IMG/VR virus record: IMGVR_UViG_3300049734_000086
Location: 10,431 to 74,430 of that record
Direction: 5' to 3' (one strand)
Length of the DNA: 64,000 bases
Origin: a virus
Shown in pieces: positions 29,780-42,748 of the stretch. Below the pieces are notes generated by a model that saw nothing but the letters and a program-made list of their open reading frames with translations, was not told the origin of the DNA and did no database searches. Positions within the stretch are counted from its first letter, which is position 1; each line of letters opens with the position of its first letter. A program made the translations under genes and the position numbers.

Positions 29780-30815
29780 CTTGTCTGGTCAGTCTGAGCC
29801 TTGATTGCAGCTACTGACCACGACGTGACAACTGAATCTGAGCATGCCCTGGATGACCCCGCCACAACGGAGGGCCAGGGACAGGCCGCCAAGTAGACAT
29901 GGCGATGACCCAGCCGCTCACCCCAACGACCCGAGACCGCGATTCGGAACGGCCGCTGACGAATGGCTTCTGTGACTGAGACACGGGAGCCGTGAGGAGT
30001 ACTGGTGCCTTGTGAGAAGCAAGGCCGACCGCCTGAGAGCGTGTGCCGCAAGCGCCCCGAGACCGAGCCACCGGAACGGGTGCGGCACTCATCCTCCCAG
30101 GCGTGGAGCCGTCGAGTGGGGCCGACCGACACATGAGGACCAGCGTGGAGCACCCGCTCTGGAGCTACGAGACCAGGGTTGCGACGGGGATGAGCCGACC
30201 ACGCCATGTGGACTAGAGTGACAGTGATGGCGCGGCAGCACGGAAGCAAGCAAGGACGTGCGCGCAGTGCTCGCGGGTGACTGGCAAGCCGAGAGACCGG
30301 GTGACCGGGGAGCTTGGATCGGTGGGACGAGAGGACAAGGCCCTCGTACTTCCCGCAACGCCAGAGCACGGAGGCGGGTGTGCCGGTTCGATCCCGGCCC
30401 CTTCATCCACCAGTCGGTATCAAGGCCGACCCGCGCCATCGCCAGCTCCTAGAAACCAACCACCAAACACGCACGGCCGATGGAGGAGAGTAGGGCCATC
30501 ATTCACCCGTGCCGCGACGACGAGCCGCGCCCTGAGACCGAGCCGCCGGAACGGGCACCACGGCCACGTCATGCGACCAAGCAGCCAATCGAAGTGTGAA
30601 GCAAGCCGCCATGAGGCGTCCGAGCCAGTGTGACTGGGCGTGGGTGGGGGGTCTCCCGAATGGACGGGATTGAAGAGGGAGCCATTCAACAAGAACTGGC
30701 GGGAACGGGGAGACCGGCAACGGTCGATGAACCGCCGCGAGTGCCGCCCCTGACTGTGAGTCGCGGTACGCCGAGGGTGAAGCAGGATAGCCCTCGACAT
30801 GGAAGTGAGGAGGGA
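29780..30815 (+). ncRNA. candidate long structured leader/ncRNA
   Basis: ~1 kb with no credible CDS; repeated hairpin motif GAGACCG-n-CGGAACGG. Confidence 0.35.
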
Positions 30816-30823
30816 GCCGAGCA

Positions 30824-31003
30824 ATGGCCGACAAGATGACGAAGTTCGAGGCCCAGGTCACGGTCGTGATCTTCGCCGACTCGCAGGGCGATGCGGTGAT
30901 GGAGATCGAGCGGAGGCTGACAGGCGACAAGCCGCCGGGCCGGGACCAGTACGCCCTGATCGTGCAGGACACGCACTGCAGGCGGGTGAGGGAGACACGG
31001 TAA
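30824..31003 (+). CDS. 59-aa hypothetical protein
   Basis: GGAG RBS; TAATG coupling to next gene. Confidence 0.5.
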   Translation: MADKMTKFEAQVTVVIFADSQGDAVMEIERRLTGDKPPGRDQYALIVQDTHCRRVRETR

Positions 31004-31671
31004 TGATCATCAAACGACAACTCTTGAACGCCGCCAAGCAGGCGGTGACGGGCGAGGACACACGGTACTACCTGAGCGCCGTGCAGGTGCAGCCGGATGG
31101 GGCGCTGGAGTCGACCAACGGGCATCTGGCGCTCATTCTCACAGACACCAGTGCTGGGTACCAAGACCCCGACTTCCCCAAGGTGGAGGGCGCAGGGAAG
31201 GCCACCAAGATCACCAAGCCGGTACTGGTACCGGCGGACATGATCGAGCGGCTGGTCAAGGGGACGGCGCGGAAGGCGACGATCCCGATCCTGCAGACGG
31301 TCCAGGTCACCCGGGACGAGGCCAAGAAGGCCACCGTGCTGGTGTCCACGGACCTCAGTGTCCCGACGGTGGTGACGCTGAAGGACGAGACGGTGGAGGG
31401 CCTTGGGACGTTCCCGACGCTGGAGAAGGTCAAGCCGAAGTGGGACAAGAAGACCAAGACCTTGAAGGTCAGACTCAGCGCCGAGGTGCTGACGGTGTTG
31501 ATCAAGGCGGTGATGGCCCTGCGGTCGGAGGGGAAGGCGACCCGGAATACGAGCTTGGACTTCGAGTTCCGGGTACCGGAGGGCGAGAAGCCGGTCGAGG
31601 ACCAGTTCTGGGTGCGGTCGGAGTACGACGGACTGAAGATGGAAGCCATCGTCATGCCCATGCGGGTGTGA
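31003..31671 (+). CDS. DNA polymerase III beta-clamp-like protein (truncated)
   Basis: DTRYYL, STNGH, GTFP, IVMPMR C-terminus. Confidence 0.7.
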   Translation: MIIKRQLLNAAKQAVTGEDTRYYLSAVQVQPDGALESTNGHLALILTDTSAGYQDPDFPKVEGAGKATKITKPVLVPADMIERLVKGTARKATIPILQTVQVTRDEAKKATVLVSTDLSVPTVVTLKDETVEGLGTFPTLEKVKPKWDKKTKTLKVRLSAEVLTVLIKAVMALRSEGKATRNTSLDFEFRVPEGEKPVEDQFWVRSEYDGLKMEAIVMPMRV

Positions 31672-31682
31672 GGGGGGACGTG

Positions 31683-34600
31683 ATGGCCGACGGGATCTTC
31701 AAATCGGAGGACATCGAGCTGGTCGTCCGGGTGCTCAATGACCCGGAGTGCCCTGCACACATTCGGAGCATCACCACCGAGCATGACCATCAGCAGGCGG
31801 TGCTCGACCATGCCCGCCGCCTCCTGAATCAGGCGGGGGACAGGCAGCGTGAGATAGAGGGTCGGCTGCTCAAGGCGTGCCAGGAGTACGTACGGGAGAA
31901 GGAGAAGGGAGACTGATCATGCTGACTGACTACGAACGAGAGAACATCACGGCGCTCATCACGGTGATCGAGCGCGAGGACGAGGTCCAGTGCTACATGG
32001 GCGACTGGCTCAGGGTCGACGGGCTCATGGAGCAGTTGAAGCCCGTGAGCGAGCGGGGGCGGCCCGGGTGCGGCACCGTGGGGTGTCTGGCCGGGACTGC
32101 CGTGGTGAACCTGCTGCCCTCGCTGCTCATGCCCGGCACGGGGCTCAACACCGGGGCGAGGCGGTCGTACGAGCACGTTCTGGTGCCCTACGAGTGGGCC
32201 CTGAGCAACAACGTCGAGATACGCGAGGTAGTCGACGGCGTGGAGTTCGAGCTGACGCCAGGGACCATGACCAAGACGACAGCGGCCAGGGTCCCGATCT
32301 CTCATGCGGCCCAGGTCCTGCTGGGGGAGACGGTGGCGCGGGCCTTCTACCTGACCGACGCGCCCCATGACGAGCAGATGAGCGACAAGGAGTGGATGCT
32401 GATGGTCCTGCGTCTGGCCTTGAGGGGCCGGTTGGACGAGTACATCGACGACCGCATCTACGAGAACTAGAGGGGAGGACACTATGCGCTACCAGACACA
32501 CGGACGCAGTGGGGTACGGAGACTCCAGGGCTGGGCCTGCACGACCAGACTGGTGATTGACGGCTGGTCGAGTACCGGCTGGACAGGGGACGGGGAGGTT
32601 GCGTACGTACACGTGGCCGGGTTCACCGCCCAGCCCATCATGGGGGGCCTGTTGCTGTCGGTGTTCGACGAGCACCGGCAGTTCCTCGGGACGGTGGGGA
32701 ACGTGCGGGAGCTGCCATGATCCGGGCGCTTCTGAGCCTGGGTGGCCGGTTGCGGTGGCACCCGAGACGGCCGCACCAGTGGAGCCGGTGGGCCATCGGG
32801 GAACGGACGCTGTTCGGGCCGTATGGGACGACCAAGGACCCGATCAATGTGCGGAGGTGCGAGCGGTGCGGCATGAGCCAGCATGCCCGGATTGATGAGA
32901 AGGTGCCGCAGTCGTGCGGCGGGGAGGAGCTGCCATGAAGGCCACGACCCCAGCGGGGCTGGTGAAAGGCGCGGGGATTCCCCAGGGCCCGCGCGTGAAC
33001 ACGTTCGTCGAGTGCGGCTGCTGTGGGCAGTACCACCGCACCGACTTCCGGGGCGACTGCCGGGAGGACAGCGAGCGGTACCCCGACCTGCCTGTGGGGG
33101 CCGAGTTGGTGGAGGAGGAGGAGTTGCCATGACCAAGGACCAGCAGGCCAGACCGGCCAGACCGGCCACGGTGTTCGTCGAGTTCACCGTCCAGATCAGA
33201 CTGGAGACGCTGCAGGACCTGCTCAGTACCGCCGTGGAGCAGGGGTGCCCGTACTGGGCCGAGTTCGACGAGGTGCAGACCAACCGTGACACCAACGCAC
33301 CGGTCCAGAGCTGTGGGTGGTACTACACATCGGTACGTGTGGCCGAGCGCGAGCCCAGTAAGGGGGCGGCGCGGAAGCGGTTCGTGGTGACCCCGCGCCG
33401 GATGGTGGAGGGGCTGGAGAAGCTGGCCCGGGCCGACCACGAGAAGTTCCCGGCGGCCGGGAAGCACCTCGCCGACGCCTTGACCGGGGACTGGGACGCC
33501 GTGACGGCCGACGTGGTCCTGCAGATGGCGACGTTCGGGGAGCTGGTGTACGGCTGATGGAGGCGATGTCATGACAGTCAAGGAGTTCATTCGCGTGCTC
33601 AGGAAATTCCCGCCTGACGCCCTAGTGGTGACCACACGCCACAGCGATTCGGTGGAGGCTGCCGCGCCGATCGCGGAGAAGGGGATCAAGCGGCAGGCCG
33701 GGGCGTACGTCGAGGTGCTGACCACCCGCCGCTACGGTCTCCTGCATAAGACCCCGGCGCAATACAAGGCGGACTGGGAGGCGTACGAGGCCTCGATGTC
33801 GGCCCAGGATCGGGCGTTGCTGGTGGATGTGGCCTACATCGAGGGGGAGGACGGCTGATGGACCCCGACGCCAATCTCAAGGAGCAGCGGGAGCTGGTAC
33901 GGGACATCCGGCGCTACATCGAGAACGAGGGCCGCGCGCCGACCGACGACACCGACCGGCTGGTCGATCTCGTCGAGGCCCTGGACGAGTGGATCGTGAA
34001 AGGAGGATTCCTGCCGCGTGACTGGCGTCAATGGGAACGCCGCCGCGACCTGACCAAAGACTGACCACGGAGACCGTAGACTGTAGAGTACGACGCACGG
34101 AACATTACCTCGTGACACGAATGGAGAGACCGATGACCAAGCACACTACGTCGAGACGGATGACGAAGCGACCCAATCAGAAGGCCCAGCCACGGGCGGT
34201 GAAGGGGGATCTGGTCAAGACGCCCAGTACCCCGAGCCGGTTGCTGGCGACCAAGGCGCAGCTCCAGGCCCAGGCCGAACAGGGCGCTGCGGTGGCGGGG
34301 ACCGGCAAGACCACGACCATCACCACCAAACCCACGCACAAGCCCACAGCCTCGGCGGTCAGTCTGGTGGCGCAGTTCATCACCGACCGCATCGAGGGCG
34401 AGCTGCTGCTCCGCGACCCGCTGGTGTTCGTCAAGGACGCCATCGTGCATCAGGGGCAGATCACGTTCGTCAAGTACGTCCTCCGGCGCGAGGGGGTGAA
34501 TACCCCGTACGGGTTCATCTACCTCACCGAGCGGCAGGCCGAGGGCGTGGGGACGATGGTGGCACTGGGGGTGCGGTGATGGCGCTGACCCACCAAGACC

Positions 34601-36200
34601 GCGCCGCGATCACCTTCGATGCGCTGCTCTCATTCATTGCCCAAGCCGAACTCGGCAACGCTCGGCACGACACCCATCGGCTCGGGGTGCTGCTGGAGGA
34701 GGCGGTGGCTGTGGCACAGCGAGAGGCCAAAGGGCCGTCAGGGCCGGTGGATAGACAGTACCAAATGCTCCTAACGACGGCATTGCGGTTCGTCCGGGAG
34801 CTGGAGAAGGAAGAACGAGAGGGGGTGCGGTGATGACTTCCACTGAGTACGAGCTGTACACCGAGCAGTCGCTCCAGGCCGCGACACGGATCGCTGCCAA
34901 GTACGGCGGCGCGTCGGTGATGCACAATGCCCCGCTCATTGTGGCCTTGGTGGCTGGAATGACCGCCGGGTTCATGGCGGTGGGGATGCGAGTGGCCGAG
35001 GCCATTGAGGCCCATGCGAAAGCGACGAGGGAGAAGTGATGCTACCACCCAGACAGATTGGTCAGACCTACGAGGACCGGGCCTTCAAGGCCCTGCAGCG
35101 GGCCGAGTCGAACAAGCTCGAAGTCGAGGGCAACGCGATTGAGGTGGCGTACTACCTCACTGAGGCGCTGGTGTTCGCCATCCTGGCCGCCAGCCGGGAC
35201 GTGTGTGATGCGATTCGGGATCACCAGGAGGGGAAGTGACCATGGGGACCAAAGACTCAATACGTATCTCCGAGCGCCACGGCATCAACCCGAGCCTGAT
35301 GCAGTGCTTCGTGTGCATGCAGCCCATGGGCGTGGTCCTGTTCGGTCGACTCAAGGACGACGCCGAAGCTCCCAGGGGGGTGTGTCTGAACCAGGAGCCG
35401 TGCGACAAGTGCAAGGCGTTGATGGCGAAGGGCGTGATCCTGATCTCGGTCAGGGAGACCACCGACCCCGAGGAGCAGAAGAACCCGTACCGGACGGGGG
35501 GCTGGGTGGTGGTGAAGGAGGAGGCCGTGGAGCGGATCTTCGACCCTGCCAGTGCCAAGGCGGTCCTGAAGCGCCGGATGGCGTTTGTGACCGACGAGAC
35601 CTGGGACCAGTTGGGGATCCCCCGTGGGGCGGTGGAGGGGGTGCCTAGTGAATAGGACCAAGTTCTACCCGCTGCACAGCGACAGCCTCATATCCGTACT
35701 CGGCAAGCGGCCACAGCGCCACGGGATACTGACCGGGGAGTTCAGACCGCCGAAGGCGGGGGAGTGGTACTTGAGCGGGGCCATCCCCGAGTGCTACCGC
35801 GCGCCCAATGACCTGACCACGGCCTACCAGATTGTACGGATCGCGGAGACCGAGACCGTGACGGAGATCAGGGAGAAACGGACATGAGTGACACCGACAC
35901 CGTCTACCGGGGCGAGCGCATCTACTGGCACACGGTCCCGCACCCCGACGGCCAGCCGCAACTGGTGTGCAGCGTGCGGAACTGGAGCGGGATCTGGAAC
36001 AGCGAGCAGGCCGCCAAGGACTACATCGACTGGGTGCTGCAGACCCGGGGGAGGTACCGGACATGACCCCGGACCAAGCAGACCAGATCATCCGCCTCCT
36101 CAGAGGCATCCTGTTCGCCATCGACTTCCTCGCCGTAATTGTGGCGGGTGCGGGCATCGCCATCTGGGGTGCGACCAGACGCCTCGCCTCGAAGTCCTGA
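31683..36200 (+). other. run of about 18 small, translationally coupled early hypothetical genes
   Basis: Consecutive short ORFs with GGAG RBS and ATGA/GTGA overlaps (e.g. 31919-32470, 33129-33557, 33571-33858, 35236-35655). Confidence 0.7.
34061..34089 (+). promoter_or_regulatory. putative sigma70-type promoter
   Basis: CTGACC-17 bp-TAGAGT at the start of an intergenic gap. Confidence 0.35.
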
Positions 36201-36267
36201 CGAGGAAGTGGCGGTAAGGCTCGGACTCTACCGGCGATTTCGACGACTCACACGGAGGCAACGCGCA

Positions 36268-37881
36268 ATGACCCTACAGACCGTACGACACTGGAGCCCT
36301 GCCCAGCAGGCCATCTTCGAGTGGATCGAGCATCCCGAACGTAACACTAAGCGCAATCTGGTCGTGGAGGCCAAGGCGGGAACCGGCAAGACCACCACCA
36401 TCATCGAGGGTGTCAACCGTGCCCCCGACCCCCTGGCCCTGCTCTCGGCCTTCAACAAGTCCATCGCTACCGAACTCCAGCGCCGCCTGACCCGGCCCGG
36501 AGCCGAGGCTTTCACACTCCATTCCATCGGCTTCCAGTGCGTGAAGCGGGTGTGGCGTGGGGTGCGGGTGGACGAGAACCAGAACCGTCACTGGAATCTG
36601 GCCAGGACGGTGGTGGGGTGCGCGGACAGGCGGGGGATCCTGAGCCTGGAGCCCGGGGCGGTGCAGGCCCCGTTCTCCGTGGTCAGACTGATGGCCAGTC
36701 TCAACCAGCAGGTCCGGGAACTCACCGCCTTCCCGACCCGCGACGACATCATGGACATCATGGTGGAGTACGAGCTGTCGCCGGACGACCAGCTCAAGAT
36801 GATGGGCTGGCAGCCCGAGCGGCTGGCGGAACTGACCCTCCAGGTCCTGGAGACGGCCGCCACCGTCCGTCCCCCGGCGGGGATCGACTTCGCCGACATG
36901 CTGTTCCTGCCGGTCAGGAACAACTGGATGGTCCCCGCCTACGACCTCGTAGTCATCGACGAGCGCCAGGACATGAACCCACTACAAGTGGCCATCGCCA
37001 AGGGGGTGTGCAAGCCCGGTGGGCGCATCATCGCGGTCGGGGACACCCGGCAGGCCATCTACGGGTTCAGGGGCGCGGACACCAAGTCCCTCGATGCCCT
37101 GCAGCAGGAGCTGGATGCTGATGTACTCCCGCTCAACACCACGTACAGGTGCGGCAAGGCCATCGTGGCCGTGGCCAAGGAGCTGGTGCCCGAGTTCGAG
37201 GCCGGGGAGGAGAACCCAGAAGGGGTAGTACGGACTGTGGGCATGGACCAGATGCTGGAGCAGATCGGGCCGGAGGACTTCATGCTCTCCCGGATCAACG
37301 CCCCGATGATTGCCGTGGCCATGAGCCTGATCCGCGCCGGGAAGCGGACCCGGGTGCAGGGCAACGAGCTGGGCAAGGGGCTCAAGGCCCTGGCGGTGAG
37401 ACTGGCCAAGGAGGCCGGGAGCGTGGAGGACTGGCTCGACGCCCTGGGACGGTGGGAGATGGAGGAGGTGCGGCGGGCCGAGGAGCGGGACATGCAGCGC
37501 CGGGCCGACTTCGTCAGGGATCAAGCCGAGACCCTGAGAGTGGTAGCGGACGGCATCACGTCGGTGAGTGAGGTGTCGACCCGGCTCTCCCAGTTGTTCG
37601 ACGTAAACCCCAACCTGCCCGGGTTCATCGTCTGTAGCTCCGTGCATCGGGCCAAGGGGCTGGAGGCCGAGCGGGTGTTCGTGCTCCGGGACACCCTGGA
37701 CCTGCCAGTACCGTGTGACTGCGGGCATCGGCACCAGGGGAAGGAAGCGTGTCCGAAGGGGTGCGGGTGTACCAAGTACCGGGTCAATGCCGTGGCGCAG
37801 CAGGAGGAGAAGAATCTGACCTACGTGGCCGTGACCCGGGCCAAGCAGGAATTGGTGTGGGTGGTCGGGGAGAAGGAGTAG
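36268..37881 (+). CDS. UvrD/Rep-like SF1 helicase
   Basis: AKAGTGKT, IDERQD, GDTRQAIYGFRGAD, YRC, HRAKGLE, YVAVTRA. Confidence 0.92.
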   Translation: MTLQTVRHWSPAQQAIFEWIEHPERNTKRNLVVEAKAGTGKTTTIIEGVNRAPDPLALLSAFNKSIATELQRRLTRPGAEAFTLHSIGFQCVKRVWRGVRVDENQNRHWNLARTVVGCADRRGILSLEPGAVQAPFSVVRLMASLNQQVRELTAFPTRDDIMDIMVEYELSPDDQLKMMGWQPERLAELTLQVLETAATVRPPAGIDFADMLFLPVRNNWMVPAYDLVVIDERQDMNPLQVAIAKGVCKPGGRIIAVGDTRQAIYGFRGADTKSLDALQQELDADVLPLNTTYRCGKAIVAVAKELVPEFEAGEENPEGVVRTVGMDQMLEQIGPEDFMLSRINAPMIAVAMSLIRAGKRTRVQGNELGKGLKALAVRLAKEAGSVEDWLDALGRWEMEEVRRAEERDMQRRADFVRDQAETLRVVADGITSVSEVSTRLSQLFDVNPNLPGFIVCSSVHRAKGLEAERVFVLRDTLDLPVPCDCGHRHQGKEACPKGCGCTKYRVNAVAQQEEKNLTYVAVTRAKQELVWVVGEKE

Positions 37882-37883
37882 GG

Positions 37884-40800
37884 ATGCGGGCCATGGTCGT
37901 CACGGCGATCCTGCTCTCCCACTTGGCGGTGGGTCTGGCCAAGTCGGCCAGTGAGTTGGCGGAGACGGTGTGGGAGTGGTGGAGGGACAGCAGGGACGGG
38001 AGGGAGGGGGAGTCATGAAGCGTTCCATCGATGTCGAGGTCAGGAAGCAGAAGGGGATCCGAGGCGTCATCACCGGCTACGTCGCCAGTGTCGGGCCCAT
38101 CGAGGCCTACGGGACCACCGAGGAGGGGGCCGTGGAGGGGGTCGAGGAGCTGGTCCGGCAGGCGTTGGGACGGCTGGACCAGGGCCCATTGACCGGACAG
38201 GTCTACGGCAACTGGTACGTGGTGTTCCCGACGGCCCAGGGCTGGGGCACATGGTGCGACGTGTACTCGGGGCAGAACTACTACACCGAGAACGGGTGTG
38301 ACAGCCGGGACGAGGCCGAGAGGAGCATCATCAGGCATCTGGCCTTGCAGTCCTGGACGTTCGAGGCCGCCAGTGACGAGGAGTACGTCCTGGGGGTGCC
38401 GAAGCTGACCGAGCGGGAGAGGAAGGAGGTGCTGGCCCAGCTCCGGTGGTACCGGGAGATGAAGCGGCTGGTGGGGAAGGGGTACACGGACCACGAGGCC
38501 AGACAGATCATCGGCGGGTTCATGACAGAGACGGCGGAGGGGCCCCATGCCTAGGAACGTGCGGAACTGGTGGCTGGAGCTGGACATCGACGGCAAGACA
38601 CAGCGCATCGAGGCCGGGCCCCAGTCGAGAGTGGGCGGGTTCACCCTGACCATCAAGCAGCGGGACCAGGGGGACATCGTGACGGCCCTGGAGGTCACAG
38701 GGCTGGCCGACGGGCGTGGGAATCTACTCCTGCGGGCCGAGATGGACGCCTGTGAGCCGCTGGAGTTCCGGTCGACGAGGGACTAAAGCCATGAAGCGGA
38801 TCAGAGACTGGCTGTCGTCGCTGGACCTGGAGGACTGGGCCGCCCTGGCGTGCCTGGGGAGCCTGCTGTTCCTGCTGTTCATCTTCGCGGACTATCTGAT
38901 GTGGAGGACGCTATGAGTCGAGAGTACGAAGTCGAGCGGTTCGACGTAGAGGGCCTGACGGTGCGGATCGTCCAGGACCCCGACCCCCAGGACCCACGGG
39001 AGGATGACAACCTGGGCACCATGGTGTGCTGGCACCGGAGGGCCACACTGGGCGACGGGGGGCTGTACACACGGAAGGGGATGGAGCAGTTCAAGTTCGC
39101 CGAGCCCCAGGACTACTACCGCTGGAAGGAACTGACCAGTGAGGACGGCGACCCCGTGGCCGTGGAGCTGCCCCTCAGCCTCTACGAGCACGGCGGCATG
39201 ACCATGTGGGCGGGGCGGCCGGGCGAAGGGCCACCGGGGACCAACTGCCAGTGGGACAGCGGGCAGGTCGGGTACATCTTCGTGACCCGGAAGAAGGCCC
39301 TGGCGGACATGGGCTGGAAGCTGCTGACGATGACCCGGCTGCAGAAGCTGACCGAGATACTGACCAGCGAGGTCAAGACCTACGACCAGTTCCTCCAAGG
39401 CGACATCTACGGCTACGTGGTGGAGGACGTGGAGGGGGAGTCCCTGGACTCGTGCTGGGGGTTCTACGGGATGGAGGAGGTCAGGAGCGAGGGGAAGGGC
39501 GCGGCCGAGTGCATCCTGGCCGAGCGGGAGAAGGCCAGGAAGGACGAGCAGGAGGAGCGTGATGGAGCTTGACGCCAAGCGGGTCTACAAGGGGCTGCGC
39601 GGACTGGTCCGGCGGGTACGGATCCTGGAGAACGACCGCAATCTCAAACGCCACTGCAGCGCCAAGAGCATGAAGGCCTTGGCGGAGCTGTCCTTGATGG
39701 CCGACAAGCTGGAGGCGGTGTTCCAGATGGCTGTGGAGGAGAGCGATGGCGCATGATCGCAACCCGCACCTCCCGGCCATTGGCAGCCCCTGGACCCACG
39801 CCATCAAGAAGCGGCTGTGGCCCAGACCACTGCTCAACCAGGCGGCGAGGCCGGTGCGGCGGAGGCCGCTGAGGAAGCTGCTCGCGGATCTGCGGAAGCA
39901 GTCACTGCAACGGTGGATGAATCTGTCGCGCTACAGCCGAAAGAGGTATCGACCATGAGCACTCCCTACTGGACCATCGAACGAGCCTTCAAGGCCGGGT
40001 TCAATGCCGGGTTCGCCGTGACGGGAGAGGGCTGGAACCAGGAGTACCCGTTCAGCACCCAGGATCCGTCTGACCAGAGCCGTGAGAAGGAGCGGGCAGA
40101 CGACCTGGAGAGATACATCCACGAGCGGCAGGCCGCCTGGGAGCAGTTCCAGCGAGACCTGAAGGCTGGGAAGACACCGGAGACCGACCAATGAAAACCT
40201 TCGACTACATCCGCGCCTGGGACCGCATCGCCTATCCGGCGTGGCAGACCCTGAGTCCTGACATCAAAGCCCTGGTCTTACGGACCCACGTGGTCGCCAA
40301 GGATCTGGGGCAGGGGGACGATCTCCAGATGCTGTGGCCCGAGGTTCTGAAGACCAGGGTCCACTTCCGTATGTCGTTCGAGGACTTCACCTCGGCCGAT
40401 CTGGCCTTCGCGGCCCGGGTTGTCAATGCCCTGGGCCACTGGTACCACGCCCGGGCCGAGCACCAGGAGCCGTGGCTCGACGACCGGCTTGGGACGCACT
40501 GGAAGTTCGCCCGCTACTGCGACCAAGTCCTGCAGGCCAGACTGCAGATCCCACAGCCCGTGGGCTCGAGTACCACCGGGTTCGGCCTGGAGATCCACGA
40601 GGGGGCCATCCGGCTCACCTACGCCTCCACCCGCTCGTGGTCCTGGCGGGAGGTGGCCGTGGCGACCGAGGAGGGCAAGACGCTGGCCGAGCAGATCAAG
40701 GCCGACAGCCAGCGGAGGATCAGTAACATCAACCGCTCCTGGGCTGCCCGCCGTGACAGGGAGGCCTGGACCTACATGGAGTACCTGAAGTCCCCGGGCG

Positions 40801-41544
40801 TCATCGACTGGCCCGAGCCGTGGCGGCCGTTCATGAACCTGGAGCCGATGATGATCGACGAGGAGGAGTTCAAGGCCCGGGAGGCCCAGCACCCGGACGT
40901 GAAGGAGCAGACAGTCAAGGCCCTGATCACGAGGCACCAGAAGCAGGTCGCCGAACTGGACACGGAACTGGCAGGCAAGATCTGGCTGCTGAATCACGGC
41001 CAGGACCTGAGCAACTGGATCTACTATGCCCACACCGAGACGTTCACGTGCGGGTGGTACCGGCCCGTGAGCCCCGAGCGGCTGGAGGTGATCCGGCGGC
41101 AGGTGGCGGGGATACCCTGGAAGGCCACAGTGAAAGTGGAGGGGCAGGGGGAAGTGACACTGACGACGACAGGCATGGCGCTGCATACGGAGACCAAGAT
41201 CCATGGATGACAAACCGACGACTTCGACGATGGACAAGTTCGACCGCGCCCTCCACAACCTGGATGGCCGACCCGACGTACTGACGACCGCCGCCACCAC
41301 CGTGGTGACCGTGCCCTATCTGACCGGGCCGGTCACGACCTTCATCGTCCAGACCAAGCGTGTCATGAAGGAAGGCGACACCATCTTCCTGCAGTACCTC
41401 GACGAGGAGGGCTCCCGGCGCATCGTCATCCCCGCCAAGGTGGCCAACGTGATGGCCAGACAGCGGGAGAGTCTGACCGCCAAGAGCCGGAAGCGGGCCG
41501 CGCAGCAGGGCCAGCAGACCAAGAAGGAGAAGGCCGGGAAGTGA
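37884..41544 (+). other. second run of early hypothetical genes
   Basis: Coupled ORFs including 38015-38554, 38547-38786, 38913-39572, 40191-41210, 41203-41544. Confidence 0.7.
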
Positions 41545-41688
41545 TCCTGACGTGGCTGCTGCGGATGTTCTTCCGCTGGCGCTGGCATCGCCGGGCCCCC
41601 ACGCACGACTACGTCAACAGCCACGCCAAGGGTCCCTACTACCACAGCAAGTACGACCGCACAGACGAAGACTGATCATGGAGACTCA

Positions 41689-42468
41689 ATGGATCACACC
41701 ACGTTCTCTTGGCTCGACCCACCGACCCTGACCGTCATGCCCAAGGGCCTCGCCATCCGCGAGCGCCTGCACCGGCACGGGCGAGCCACCCTGGCCGACC
41801 GCCCCACCATCCCCAACACCGGGGCGCTGGTCCGGTTCGTCATGCCGTACCTCGCCTACCTCCCCCGCGAGCGGATGGTGGCGGTGTTCACCGACTCGAA
41901 CATGCAGGTCAACGGGGCCGCCGTGATGGGCGAGGGCACCTCGGTCGGGGTCCTCTGTGACCTCAAGGCCCTGGTGCGCTACGCCTCCTACACCAACGCC
42001 TCGGGGGTGTTTTTGGCCCACAACCACCCCAGCGAGCTGCCCGAGCCCTCGCCCGAGGACGAGGCGTTGACCAGAAACGTCCGGGTGGTGCTCAACGTCC
42101 TGGGCGTGGAGCTGGTCGACCACGTGATCCTCTCCCAGGACCACTACTGGTCGTTCGCCGACGCCCAGCACCCGGCGATTGTGGCCAACCGGGGTGTGAG
42201 CCAGCAGATTCTGGCCATCGGGGTCAGGATGGGGGTTCACACCGGGGTGGTACCGAGTGATAATACGGATGACACAAGTGATGACGCACGAACACTGACC
42301 AAGGAGACCGACGATGGCCAAGACGACGAAGACCAAGACCAAGACCGCCAAGACCAAGACCGCCAAGCCCAAGAAGCAGCCGAAGCAGGCGACGGGACCC
42401 GCGCAGGTGAAGCCCCAGGCCAGGGCCCGGAAGGCCAAGGCCCCCAAGGCCCCCAAGGCCGCCAGTAA
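41689..42468 (+). CDS. RadC-like JAB/MPN domain protein
   Basis: LAHNHPS...PS.ED..LT...LVDHVI. Confidence 0.88.
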   Translation: MDHTTFSWLDPPTLTVMPKGLAIRERLHRHGRATLADRPTIPNTGALVRFVMPYLAYLPRERMVAVFTDSNMQVNGAAVMGEGTSVGVLCDLKALVRYASYTNASGVFLAHNHPSELPEPSPEDEALTRNVRVVLNVLGVELVDHVILSQDHYWSFADAQHPAIVANRGVSQQILAIGVRMGVHTGVVPSDNTDDTSDDARTLTKETDDGQDDEDQDQDRQDQDRQAQEAAEAGDGTRAGEAPGQGPEGQGPQGPQGRQ

Positions 42469-42742
42469 CGGCATCCCCATCATCGTGGCTGGGCGCACCC
42501 TGACCGACATCGCCAACGGAGTCGGCAGCTCGGTGGCCTTCATCGCCCGCTGCTACAAGGGACGCAGGGCCCCGAGCCTTGCCACCTACTTCGACATCGT
42601 GGACTTCACCGGCATGGACTACGCCGAGGCCCGCACGACCTTCTGCAGCTTCGCCAAGCGCACCCGGCAGACCCCGGTGGCGCTCAAGGCGATGAAGGCC
42701 ATCCGGGGCGGCAAGGCCCTGAAGTCCCAGCAGGCGGCCTGA
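42314..42742 (+). CDS. Lys-rich tail + HTH-like DNA-binding protein
   Basis: TKTKTK/KAPK N-terminus; TLTDIANGVGSS..FIAR..KGRRAPS HTH; AGGAG RBS. Confidence 0.65.
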   Translation: MAKTTKTKTKTAKTKTAKPKKQPKQATGPAQVKPQARARKAKAPKAPKAASNGIPIIVAGRTLTDIANGVGSSVAFIARCYKGRRAPSLATYFDIVDFTGMDYAEARTTFCSFAKRTRQTPVALKAMKAIRGGKALKSQQAA

Positions 42743-42748
42743 CCCCCC

